37,869 bases of DNA from Stramenopiles sp. TOSAG23-3 (Eukaryota): contig LT642189.1 in assembly GCA_900128585.1 (NCBI GenBank), positions 1 to 37,869 on the forward strand, written 5' to 3'. Made by a program: the position numbers and the translations under genes. The first letter of the stretch is position 1, and every line of letters starts with the position of its first letter. This document shows positions 1 through 10,387 of this stretch, piece by piece. A model generated the notes under the pieces. It was not told the DNA's origin and did no database searches. It saw only the letters and a program-made list of their open reading frames with translations.

Positions 1-769
1 ACACTATGAATTAAACTAAACCCATTATTCCATCCAATTGAAATATACCAAAATAATTACGAGGATGCCTCGTATAAAACGAATATGGTAAAATCATCCA
101 TCATCTGGACCAAGCTGATAAAAAATGAAATGTCTTTTATATATTCATAGTCTAAATACTACATAGAGTAAAAATAAATAATGAATGGATTTGGATTGGT
201 ATGAAGAAAGTAGTATAATCTATAAATGTAATGTACTAAATACCCAACTGAGTTGTAATAGTCGAAGGAAGAGTTGGATCGAGGGTGAATGTACATTCGA
301 TACAATTTATATTTGTAATTTAAAGTAGATAAACAAACAAACAGGAAGATACCACTAGACGAATAGAAGAAGAAATGGAAATTACAAACAATGACCAAAT
401 CCAAAGTTAGTTTTTGGGTAGATAGATCAATAGTCTAGTTTAAATAGTCTCTATACTTTAAATAGCAAGAAAACAATGTTATATTAATGTTAACACACAG
501 CTGATAGGATTGAGAGAAACATTCAAGTACCCTGGCATATAGGTAACCCAACAAAGTAAAAACAGTGGGTCAAAAAAGAAGAAAAATATGCACAGGAGGA
601 GGCGTCGGAAGAAGAGAAAAAAGAAAAGAAAAAAAGGGTTTGCTTTTTTCAAGGTTGGCAAAAATCCAAACAAACAAACCAATTCTTTCCTTTCTTTTCC
701 CTCGTAAGGAAAGGACAAAAAATATACATGTCCTGGAAATCCTTTCGAACCCATACAAGAAATGTTTCG

Positions 770-1180
770 CGGGGGCAGGCCGGGGAGGGGTGCATCCTGG
801 CAACCCGTTTGCCCCACCAGTCAATACCAAGGCAAAGCGATCGAGCAAGCGCTGCGGCTTCCTCGCGCATGCATGCGAACAATAGTACAACAAACGGCCT
901 TGCCAGTTGTTACAGAAAATTGTCGACTCAACACGGAAATTCATGGTTGTTCCTCGAACGAACCTGAAACTTTTGAAGGCAACACTTCCCCTAAAGACCA
1001 TAAGAGGGAGCGGCCAACGCGGATGCCTACGCACAACCTGATAAAAAATGCGGAGCGCCGTTCACGGCGCAAAAAAATGCAAAGGTTGTGCGACAAAAAA
1101 TGGCATACCAAAAGACAACAAAAAAAAGTCTCAAAAGTTTCAGGACCCAAATCATTCGGGCCCGATCAAAAAAATCGGCG
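770..1180 (-). other. Highly structured 3' trailer (probable 3' UTR RNA element) downstream of the zinc-finger stop codon
   Basis: Nested perfect inverted repeats 963-976/1131-1144 (14 bp), 1023-1027/1102-1106, 1030-1039/1083-1092 (10 bp) and 1055-1060/1065-1070. Flanking stems contain G-U pairs only when read on the minus strand. Confidence 0.55.
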
Positions 1181-1199
1181 TTGCAAATTCGGGCGCGCC

Positions 1200-2216
1200 T
1201 TACATGCAGTGCATCATGCTGAGCAGGCTGTACGCAGCCTGCGCATCGCGCTGGTTAGTAATCGTGCCGGAGACCCCGATGGGCGAACTCAGAAGCTTTC
1301 GTTTCTTGCTGCTGGGGGTCGAGTACCCTGAGCTGCGCTTTCCGCTGGAGCTCGGGGTCTTCGAGCGCTTCGGCGTTGGAGTGCACAGGACGTCATTGCT
1401 GAGGTACTTGTGGTGCACCACCAAGTGCTGCTTCAACCGGTACTTGCGCGCAAACGATTTCCCACACTTTTCGCAAATGTAGTGCTTTTGGTTGTCTGGT
1501 GAAACGAAACGGAGGAGAGGAGGATGGTTAGTCGTCGCGAGGGTTGGGTGGGGGGGAGGGAGGGGCTTTGGGCAAGGCCACCGTCACGGCGTTAATGCCC
1601 AGCGGGGAGGGTGTAAGTACTTACGTTTCTCGTTATTGTGTCTCGTCAGCGCGCCCTTGGTGGTGAAGGTGAGCACCCCCGTGCCGTCCAGGCCAACGCA
1701 GACCGTGCATTGAAACTTGGCCGGAGCGGTCCCGGGAGGGTGGTAGGCCCCCCGGACGAACTTGCCACTGCTGGGGGCCTTCTTCGAGGAAGTGGTGCTT
1801 TTTGGGGTCGCTTTCTTTTTCGCGGGCTTCGGGGTCTTTGCTTCTCGTTTGACGGGAAATGCAACGCTTTTCTTTCCGGCCGTCGGGGTGGCGGTCGGCG
1901 TGGCGGCCGACCCCCCGTTGAGAAGGAACTGGCACCGTTTCAAGTGCTCCTGAAGGTAGTCTTTCCGGGCGAACTGCTTCGGGCAAATCTGGTGTGGGCA
2001 ACTGAACGGCTTGGCGTTTGTATGCGTCACCATGTGCCGCTTCAGGTGGTGCTTCCGGACGAAGGACTTGCCGCAGAGGTTACAGCTGTGCGGCTGAAAA
2101 CGCGCCTCCTCGTCACCGGACGAAGACATCGAGTTGTTGTCGCTGTTCGACCCAACTTCAGGGAAAGCTGCTGCGGACCCAGCTGGTGCGGTCTTGGCCT
2201 TGGCTTGCTGGGACAT
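1200..2216 (-). CDS. C2H2 zinc-finger protein (4 fingers), two exons: 2216..1625 and 1495..1200, 295 aa
   Basis: Exon 1 encodes CNLCGKSFVRKHHLKRHMVTH, CPHQICPKQFARKDYLQEHLKRC and CTVC...LTRHNNEK. Splicing C|AC restores the last His of finger 3 and joins in frame to NQKHYICEKCGKSFARKYRLKQHLVVHH, ending at TAA 1202..1200. Joined length 888 nt is divisible by 3. Confidence 0.9.
1496..1624 (-). other. Spliceosomal intron (129 nt) of the zinc-finger gene
   Basis: GTAAGTA donor at 1624, GACTAAC branch point at 1533..1527, pyrimidine tract and CAG acceptor ending at 1496; removal restores the reading frame. Confidence 0.9.
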
Positions 2217-2391
2217 CTACGGAAAGGGGAGTGGAGAAGGAGAGCCTGTCTTGATCGATACAAATGATAGCGAAAGAGTCCACTGTTCTAAATTTTAATT
2301 GATGTTTAAATTCTTAATAATAATAATTTCTCCAAAATGTTGAACACTCTCTTCTTATCAATCGTGTATGAAATGTAAAGAAGAAGTGTAG

Positions 2392-2421
2392 TAAAACTAA
2401 AACTAAAACTAAAACTAAAAC
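2392..2421. repeat. (TAAAAC)5 microsatellite
   Basis: Five exact hexamer units. Confidence 0.9.
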
Positions 2422-3676
2422 CTTTCCTTCCTTTGTTTATTTCTTTTATTTAATCCCATCCCTTCTTGCTTCTTCCTATTATATCCTCCTTTATAACCAT
2501 TATGCCATTTGCCTTTTCCCCTGCCTTCCTGCCCCCTGCCCCCTGCTCCCCCCCCCCCAACCAAATCTACAAGAATAGCCCTTCATCACTTCTTACTCTC
2601 TACTATTTCCCTGTATTTTTAGTTCAAATTCTTATTTTTTTTTTCTGACCCATTATCTTAATTATTTTTTCTTGGATAAGGATTGTAGATGGTATTTCTA
2701 TATTAAAACAAATATAGAAAACGTTGGGGGGGTAAAAACGTAATGTAAATAGTATAAGTATTTGTAATCTTAGTTATATTTCTCTATATAATCTAAACCA
2801 TAACCCTTCTCCCCCCATTTTTGTTATTTTTGTTTAATTTCAATGCTATTGCTATAGAAAGGACTACTACAGGAGGTAATAAAAATTGATGATGATCTCA
2901 TTGTCCTTTGGTGGCTAACAATCCTAACAATTCTTCTTCTTGCTATTTACCTTTCCCACACTCGAGGTCGAAGAAATACGGACAATGTGAAAACACTATA
3001 CTACCCTCCTATTTACCTACACTATACTACCCTATTTCTATTTATAGACTATGACTAATTATTCGAAGAATTTCTTCTAAAAGATTAGTTTTCCTATGCT
3101 GTGTAAGAGTGAAACGTTTGTGTTTAAAATCAAATCGAATTTTGGAAAATTCCACGGCACGCTCTACCAAGTATTTATAAAGAAGGCTAAGGGAGGAAAA
3201 AAGGAGTTTGCCCAATTATTTATTTGGTTTATTTTGGTTTATTTTGGTTTGGTTTACTTTACTTACCATCCCAGCTCCCAGACCCCAACTGCGCAGCTGC
3301 TTTATTAAATAGATATTCAATGGTATGGTAATGTATTGTAAAAAAGCAGCTGGCGTGTGGGTTGGGTGGGGGAGACCAATTTTAGTCATCAATTTTAATA
3401 ATTATTTCCGAATTTCGCATAAAATAAATAAATAAAAGAAAGAAAGGGCACACACCACACACCACACCCTTCGCCATCACCCCCCCATCACCCCATCCAC
3501 CAAAAGGGAATCACAAATAAGTACAATTATTTAGTAGAGAATAGAGAGAGACTCAGTACTGTACTCTGTACTCTGTACTCAGTCGGTCTATAAATCAAAA
3601 TCAAAATCAGTGGAGTGGGTGTAACTATTCCGACGGGTGGATGTCACTACGTGTAACCAAATCATTTTATTTTAAT

Positions 3677-3740
3677 AAAGAAGAGAGAAGAGAGAAAGAG
3701 AGAAGAGAGAAAGAGAAAAGAGAAGAGAGAAGAGAAAAGG
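3677..3740. repeat. Polypurine (GAGAA-type) tract
   Basis: Uninterrupted A/G run built of GAGAA/GAGAAA units. Confidence 0.8.
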
Positions 3741-4011
3741 ACTACCTCGTACTGTATTATTTATTATAATATTTAAATTAAGACTAACTTCTCATTCATC
3801 TCATCAAAATAATCGAAGAAGTAATTAATAAATATACATAGACTACAGTAATAAAAAAAAAGAAAGACAAGAAGAAGAAGAAGAAACCTAATATTTAACC
3901 CTATTAAGAGATAGAAGAAGAAAGAAGAAAAGCGAAGAAGAAGAAAGAAGAAGATTTATTAAGATTTGATGAGATATTATTATATTGATTGATTATTCGA
4001 TGATTGATTTT

Positions 4012-4045
4012 TTATTATTATATTATTATTATTATTATTATTATT
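4012..4045. repeat. (TTA)n microsatellite
   Basis: Trinucleotide run with one phase break. Confidence 0.85.
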
Positions 4046-4293
4046 CTAAATTAAATAATATCTATTAATAGGATTGTAGAATTCAATAATTGAATGAGAT
4101 ATATTGATTGATTTATATTATAAAAGTTGGATGAAGGGTAACACCATTTGCCAGGTTCTTCTACAATATTCAATTTTCAGCAGGGTTCAGATCAGGAGAG
4201 AGAAGACCAGACCAGAAGACCGCATTTTTACAAAAAATCAAAAGCTTCTCCTCCCTCCTCATTGGTATTACGTCAGTGTCTTGTACATAAAGG

Positions 4294-5127
4294 ATGGACA
4301 GTGCATCAGGCGCGTCGGCGCTTGCAAAATTTGTGGAGCTCGGGAAGAGTGCAACGGACCTTGCCGCCGCGAAGAACATCGAACTGGCGGTATCGAACAA
4401 GTACACCTTTGTCTTCGGGGAACTGCTCCATTTGCCGAACGTCCAAGCGCTGCAGAGTTCGAAGTATACGAAGCACTTGGCACTGCTGCAGCTGTTTGCG
4501 TATGGGACGTACACGGAGTATTTGACCAACAAGTCCGACTTTCCGCCGCTGTCCGAGCTGAACGTGCAAAAGCTGCGGCAGCTGAGTATAGTTACGCTAG
4601 CCGTTAAAAGCAAACGGTTAAAGTACGAGATGCTCATGGAAAAACTCGAGGTAAAAGACGTTCGAAGCTTGGAAGACCTCGTGATCGGATGCGTCTACGC
4701 CGGCATCCTAGAGGCGAAACTAGACCAGAAGCAGAAAGAGGTGCTCGTCAACGGCGCGATAGGACGGGACCTTCCTCCGGGGGGTTTGGCAGACATGATA
4801 GGCAAGTTGGGGAAATGGTCCGAAGGCGCGTCGCTGCTTATAGAGAACATGGGCAAGCAGATTGAGGACGCAAATCTCGAGTATTCTTCGGAGCAAAGGA
4901 CGAAAGAGCAGTTTTTGAAAGACTTCGAGGCGAAGAAGAAGCAGATGGAGGAGGCGGAGGGGGGGCAGCAAGGCCAGCGCGGGACCACCGACCCGAACAG
5001 AACTCCGGGTGGAAACAACGGCGGCCGTTACGGAAATGAGACGGGGGATACGGTCATGCTTGGAAGAGGGGGAAACGCGAGAAGTTCAGGGAGGAAGATG
5101 CGGGGAACCATGGGAGGGCGCACCTGA
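4294..5127 (+). CDS. COPS7: COP9 signalosome subunit 7 (PCI domain), 277 aa
   Basis: Family motifs TFVFGELLHLPNV, LLQLFAYGTYTEY, KLRQLSIVTLA, VRSLEDLVI and AKLDQK...GRD, followed by a coiled-coil and a low-complexity tail. Confidence 0.9.
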   Translation: MDSASGASALAKFVELGKSATDLAAAKNIELAVSNKYTFVFGELLHLPNVQALQSSKYTKHLALLQLFAYGTYTEYLTNKSDFPPLSELNVQKLRQLSIVTLAVKSKRLKYEMLMEKLEVKDVRSLEDLVIGCVYAGILEAKLDQKQKEVLVNGAIGRDLPPGGLADMIGKLGKWSEGASLLIENMGKQIEDANLEYSSEQRTKEQFLKDFEAKKKQMEEAEGGQQGQRGTTDPNRTPGGNNGGRYGNETGDTVMLGRGGNARSSGRKMRGTMGGRT

Positions 5128-5254
5128 AGTCCGTGCGGCGGTGCGGAAGAAGCACACAAAGATTTCTGTTCAATCCCTGGGACGGGGGAGCTGTTTGTAA
5201 TCCGTCATCCATGGCGCTTTCGTCTTTCGGTAATTTGTAAAAAGGGTGTTTAAG

Positions 5255-5282
5255 ATTAAAAACAAGAAAATTGGCTGTTATT
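5255..5282 (+). repeat. Dispersed 28-bp convergent-spacer element, copy 1
   Basis: ATTAAAAACAAGAAAATTGGCTGTTATT, identical to 34399..34426. Confidence 0.85.
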
Positions 5283-5476
5283 TAAGATTAATTACAAACG
5301 AAGAACTAACATTTTTGAACGCACCTGCCCATCGCGCAATATTTTGTAGCGTGTACTTTTACGAATTCTCTCTAAATGTAATTAAGACGTAACTTAAGAA
5401 ATATATACAGTGGAGTGTTACAAACACATTTTACAAAAGCAAAGCGTTCGGCCAGAGCGCGCGGGCGCGTTTCATC

Positions 5477-6945
5477 TCATGCCACACCCTCCACTTGGCA
5501 CTCCAGCACGCAGTGAAAATCAAAACTGTCCCCGTCTTGCCGACACGTACTGGTGCAGACGGTACCATTTGGCACCCGGCGGGACGGCTCCGCCGACCCT
5601 GGCAACGCCGCACCCTGGTGTTCCAAGCTGCCATTCGGGTAGTACCGTAACAAATAGTCTCCCGGTTCAAGGTACACAAAGTCCACAAGCGCCTCGGAGC
5701 TGGTTTCTATAAGTGTCGCAGGGTCCATGGAGCAGGCCTCTCCTCGTTTGGCCGACTCCCTTGGGCAGCTTCTTCTGTTCCTACTAGCTTCAGCCAACAA
5801 CTTCGCCCATTCCACCCGTTCAACAAACATCACTTTGGCCTTCGCTTCTGACACAGGCACCACGTTGATGACGACGAGCTCTTTCTTTGTTATGAAACAC
5901 TTGGTGCAAATCATGGCTACCTCGTTCTGGGAGCTGAACATGCTCGAATGAAAAGTTTCCGGGTGGGCTGGCGAACACTTCACAACAACGACGTACTTGT
6001 TTGAAAAGGGGAAACGGTGGCGAATCAACGTTTTTATGTCGCCCAGGGACGTGACCGTGTAGAGCCAGTGGACCAACGGGGCGCCCGCGGGCGGGAAGGC
6101 GGCCTTGCTCGACGCGACAGAGCGTTCCAAACACTCCGTCAAGTATGCGCAAACTTTCACTTCTCCACGAACGCTGGCCACGGTTCTCGGGGGCGCATCG
6201 ACAAAAGGACGGTTGTCGCCACCGAATTCGTCGTGGGCGTCGGCACGACGTACTTCAAACGGGATAAAAATTTTCGTCTCTGCACCAGGCATCGTCGGCG
6301 TTTCGGGGGGGGGGGGATCAGCCCATACAGGGCCCCTTCATCGACGGCCAACTCTACCATTTTATCTGCGCATATTTTCCACGCACGCTTGTCGTACCGC
6401 AAAAGAGGGGAACGATCATTCGCCGTGCCCTCCTCCCCGCTGCCCGGACGCGCTTCCGCGCGGTTCTCCGGAACCTCCTCTTGGCGCACCAAGTCGACCG
6501 TGAAGCCTTTGAGAGAAAATAGGCTGGTGTCGGTGGCAGGGCTTTTCCGCGGCGCCGCTGGCCTTTTCCCGCTGGCCTTGTTTCCCCTGGGTTTGAACTC
6601 GTACGTCATTGTTTTTGAATGGTCAAGCACTACAGGCTGCCGCTTCCCATCCGTGCGGCAGTCAACGTCAAAACTACGCTTAAAATATTTTGAAAATTCC
6701 CGCTGCGCCACTTTCTTTGAGAATTCGCACTGTTTGCCGTAGAACACCCCGGCTTCTTTGCGAAGTTTGCTGTACATGAAATCTTGGGGAGTCTGGGGCT
6801 TGCTTGGAGGCTGCACTTCATCTTTGCGAAGGTATTGCAGAATCTCAGACGGAGGTTTTGTTTTTACTACGTTGCCCCAAGCGTTTATCGAATGGGTCAG
6901 GTTGGACAAAACGTCGTCCTCACGAAGCCGCGGGTTCTCCTCCAT
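5477..6945 (-). CDS. Hypothetical protein (~490 aa), apparently one gene split by a frameshift at the G12 run 6305..6316
   Basis: Two overlapping minus-strand ORFs (6157..6975 with first ATG at 6945; 5477..6292) in coding-like GC-rich sequence. Adding one C to the C12 run gives the continuous ...LIPPPPETPTMPGAETK... No family recognised. Confidence 0.55.
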
Positions 6946-7394
6946 AGTGGGAGGAGCAAGCGTGTTTAAAACCAATAGAATCCCTGTTCAGCCAATTCTT
7001 TAAATTCCTTGAGCAAGATCTTCCAAGTTCATGAATGCAATGTCGATGTCGAATGGAAGTGTCGTTTTTGTTGTTGTATACATTTCAATACAGTCATTAA
7101 ACAGATCTTCTATGATATTTTTTATTTATTTGTATTATTTGTGTTGGTGGTGGGTGGTGGGTCTATTACATTGTAAGTGCTGATTGCTGATGCTGTGATG
7201 ACGTTGTTAGTTGAGAAGAAGAAAAAGAAAGAAAAAAAGAAGAGGAAGAAGAATGGAGGAGCGAGAATGAATAGACGACTAATAACGTGTGTACCGTAAT
7301 GGTGTAGAAAAAGCAAATAATACGACAAGTTTGAATCTTTACTACTCCTCCATAGTACATAATATGTTAAATAAAGTACAGAGATAAAACAAAT

Positions 7395-8919
7395 TTAAAG
7401 CATGCGTTGGATCATGGCGTTGATCTTTTCCATTCTGTTACCGGCGTCACCGCCTTCGTTGAAGTGGGTAAGCTTCTTCTTGTATCCACCACGGGGGGAA
7501 GACAATTTGTATGGCCACATGAAGTTGTTGGCTTCCTTGAAGGATGGGCCGACGGTGAACAGTTCGTGGATGACGTCCTCGACGCAGGTAAGTCCCTTGG
7601 CGCCAAGGGCTTTCTCGACGATGCTGTTGTCGGTCAAAGCTATGCGTTGCTTGTTAACCTTTCCGTAACCACGTTTGTATACGAGTTGACGGATGGTCTT
7701 CAAGTTGGGGTAACCATAGGCAATGTATGGTTCTACCAAGCGCAACATGTTGATGGTTGCTTTGTTGCAGCGGACAAGCACACAGTTGTGGATTTGTCGC
7801 AGGCGAAGCAATTGCAAGATCTTGCGGGTCTTTGGTGCAATACCAATGATACCACGAATGCGGATAACGGCAACTAGCTTGGCTTCCGGTTCGTAGAAGA
7901 AGTTACCACTGGCGCGTGCTTGACGTTTCATGCGGATGTTGGACCGCTCGATGGATTTGTATTCCTTTACGTATTTCTCGGCCTTGCGGAAGGCATCGGC
8001 GCGGCTGGCGCGGCGGGCCTTCTTGTCGACAACGGCCTTTTCGGCAGCTTTGGCGGCCAACGCTTCGTTACGGCGCTTCTTTTTTAGAACAGTTTCTGGG
8101 CTGTATTGGTTTCACGGGGGGGGGGGGTTAGTAATGTGAAAGTGCAAATGATTACAATTGCTTTGAAACCTAAGGCTCCTTCCCTCCTCCACCCACCCAT
8201 ATTCTTTTCTCTGTCTCTCTCTCTCTTCGTGTCTCTCAAAAAATGATTTAAAAAAAAAAACAACTCTACATCTATTGTTTCAGATATATATGCGTGTCTG
8301 TGATTTTTCTTTGTGCAACCACGGCCGCGAACGGGCATTGCCCACTCTCGACGTCTCATCAGACCAGAGAAGACCTTCCCGGGGGAAAGTCCACACTGGC
8401 GTATCCTTCTCTAGCTTGCTTTCAACGGTAGAAAGGCAACGCGTTACAGCGAGAAGACTCGAACGCTTTGGAACCGATTCATTTGCTTTGTGCGTAAAAG
8501 TGCATACAATGTCTTTCGCGCTTGCAAAATGAATGGTAATCGCTCGATGATTCATTTGAGAAGAAAGGCCTTTTCGTCGACACCCGCATATGCGGTGGTG
8601 CCTAAAAAATGTCCCTACTTCCATATCCCCTGCGCAGCGGCAAGGATTGGTAGTCTCTGGCAAAGCGTTGCAAGACTGCTGACCGAACAGCATCTATGCA
8701 AAACTGAGCCATCATTTTTTTAACTGAAATCACCCGCCGACGTGGGAACGAACGGCGGGGGAAAACAGATGAGAACGGGGGGAGGAAGAGGCGGGGAAAG
8801 AGTACGAATGGATGGTCGAGCTGAGGAAGGCGGCCGTCGTCCGTGACGGGACGGGACGGGGGGAGGGGGGGGTGCTTCGTTTCAAAGGCTGGAAAGGATG
8901 TTGTTACTTACGTTGACAT
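7395..8919 (-). CDS. RPL7: 60S ribosomal protein L7 (uL30), exons 8919..8912 and 8100..7395, 237 aa
   Basis: Motifs [60 protein letters not shown]. The 8-nt first coding exon ATGTCAAC splices in phase to give [13 protein letters not shown]. Confidence 0.95.
8309..8460 (-). ncRNA. Candidate third intronic structured RNA (three hairpins ending in ACA)
   Basis: Stems TCTTCTC/GAGAAGG, CCAG..GGACTTTCC/GGAAGGTCT..CTGG and GGGC-AAT-GCCC, followed by ACA at 8314..8312; family not recognised. Confidence 0.35.
8507..8603 (-). ncRNA. Candidate intronic box H/ACA snoRNA 2
   Basis: 3' hairpin has basal stem CTTTC/GAAAG, pocket TTCTC / TGCAAGCGC and upper stem AAATGAAT/ATTCATTT, with ACA exactly 14 nt from the base of the upper stem. 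A short 5' hairpin GGCAC..CCGC/GCGG.GTGTC precedes it; no canonical H box. Confidence 0.5.
8607..8712 (-). ncRNA. Candidate intronic box H/ACA snoRNA 1
   Basis: Hairpin GGC...TGCA.AGA.TGCTG/CAGCA.TCT.TGCA...GCC with an internal loop, then AGACTA (ANANNA), a second imperfect hairpin and ACA-TTT (ACA at 8612..8610). Confidence 0.5.
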
Positions 8920-9261
8920 GTTTGGTTAATATGAATGTGTTGAACAAATGAGTTATCAAGATTGTAATAATTGTTTTTTAAGTTAAAAAGAAAGAAACAT
9001 TGCACCCGCAAAGCTCTTCGTTCTCTTTTCTCTCTCGCTTCCTATGCTTCATCTGATAGTTTCGATAAATAAGCTAGTTGATACAAAACATTCTTTAACA
9101 CCTTCCTACCTACCTGACTCTTGTTAAACTAAAAAATAATAGAATTCATCCGATTCCCTATGATGTAAGTACCTATTGTTTGTATACTTAACTTAGTTCT
9201 AAGGAGGAATGAATGTACACCACCCATCCATCATCAATATACAATAGTAGGGAATAGCAAT

Positions 9262-9488
9262 AATAGAAATAGAAGAGAAGAGAAAAGAAAAGAAACAAGA
9301 CGACGACTGAAGAATTAAAAAGATAGAAGAGGAAGAGAAGGAAGGAAGGAAGAGAAGGAAGGAAGGAAGAAAGAAAGAAAGAAAGGAACAGAAGGAACAG
9401 AAGGAAGGAAGGAACAGAAGAGAAGAAAAGAGAAGAGAAAAGAGAAGAGAAAAGAGAAGAGAAGGAAGAAGCAAAGGAAGAGGGAAGA
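9262..9488. repeat. Purine-rich low-complexity tract (GAAG/GAGAAAA units)
   Basis: Near-continuous A/G sequence with GGAA, AAAG and AGAGAAGAAA repeats. Confidence 0.8.
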
Positions 9489-10387
9489 TTTCGATTTCGA
9501 TTAATTGAATGGTGAAGGATAAAAGATATAGTTATTTATAATCTAGTATACAAACTATTACTATATAATATATTATTATTAGTACTATATATATATTATA
9601 TTATGTATTATAATGTCCTATTTAATTAATACAATATAAAAGTATAAAACTGACTTCAAAAGTATAAGTTGAGTCGTTTATTCTATTTTAAGGTAATAAT
9701 AGATAATATGTTATAATTATTATAATATACAGTATGTACTATAATTATAATTAATTGTTTATCTACTTAAATATATTGAATGGTTTATTTTAATACTACA
9801 TAGCATATAGATTCATTTAATTTTAATAAAATCTTTAAATTATTAAAAAAAGAAGAAGAAAGAAGAAGAGAAGAAGAATGATGGAGTATAGCTTAATGGA
9901 CTGAAATACTGAAATCCCTTCCTTACTATTCTATTGTTTAGTTTAAATAGAAGATTAATATTAATATCATTCTTCATCTTCGCTTCTTCTATAAATTCTT
10001 ATTTTTACATTCTTCTTCCTCTTCTTCTTTTTCTTCTTTCTCTTTCTTTTTTCTTTTTATTATTATTATTATCTTTTTTGTTTTTTGAGATGAGAGCTCT
10101 TCTTCTTCTATTTTATTATTATTATTTATTATTTATTAATAATAATAATCTCATTTTATAATCATCATCATCATCAAATATCAATGTCAACAATAATATC
10201 AATGTCTACTCAAATATATTTTACAACCCAACTATCTATCTCATTGTACATCACTACTACTTTCTGATATTATTTATTTATTCATTCATCCTTTTCAGAC
10301 TGTTGAACGTTGAACAACAGTTTGAGCAACCACACTCACTCACCATATACTTACTACCAACCACTAGCACCAACCACACACACCACC

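Larger units (their letters stand above)
8101..8911 (-). other. Spliceosomal intron (811 nt) of RPL7
   Basis: GTAAGTA donor at 8911, perfect TACTAAC branch point at 8133..8127 and CAG acceptor ending at 8101. Confidence 0.9.

Noticed and set aside
989..995. CCCTAAA as a telomerase RNA template
   Set aside because: Only one repeat length with no alignment extension, and G-U pairs favour the opposite strand.
762..1331. 189-aa plus-strand ORF and other ORFs over the structured trailer
   Set aside because: No motifs, overlaps zinc-finger exon 2 in antisense, and the region is better explained by RNA base-pairing.
2217..2261. Possible 45-nt 5' UTR intron ending TAG directly before the zinc-finger ATG
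   Set aside because: A pyrimidine tract and AG are present, but the donor (GTATCG) is weak and there is no CTAAC branch point; needs transcripts.
8355..8362. CTGATGAG on the minus strand, resembling a hammerhead ribozyme core
   Set aside because: No stem II closed by CGAAA and no stem I/III arrangement follows.
8370..8396. GGGGGAAAGTCC (+) and GGGAAGGTCT (-), resembling RNase MRP/P CR-I
   Set aside because: No matching CR-V strand to form P4; the words are simply the two arms of a local hairpin.
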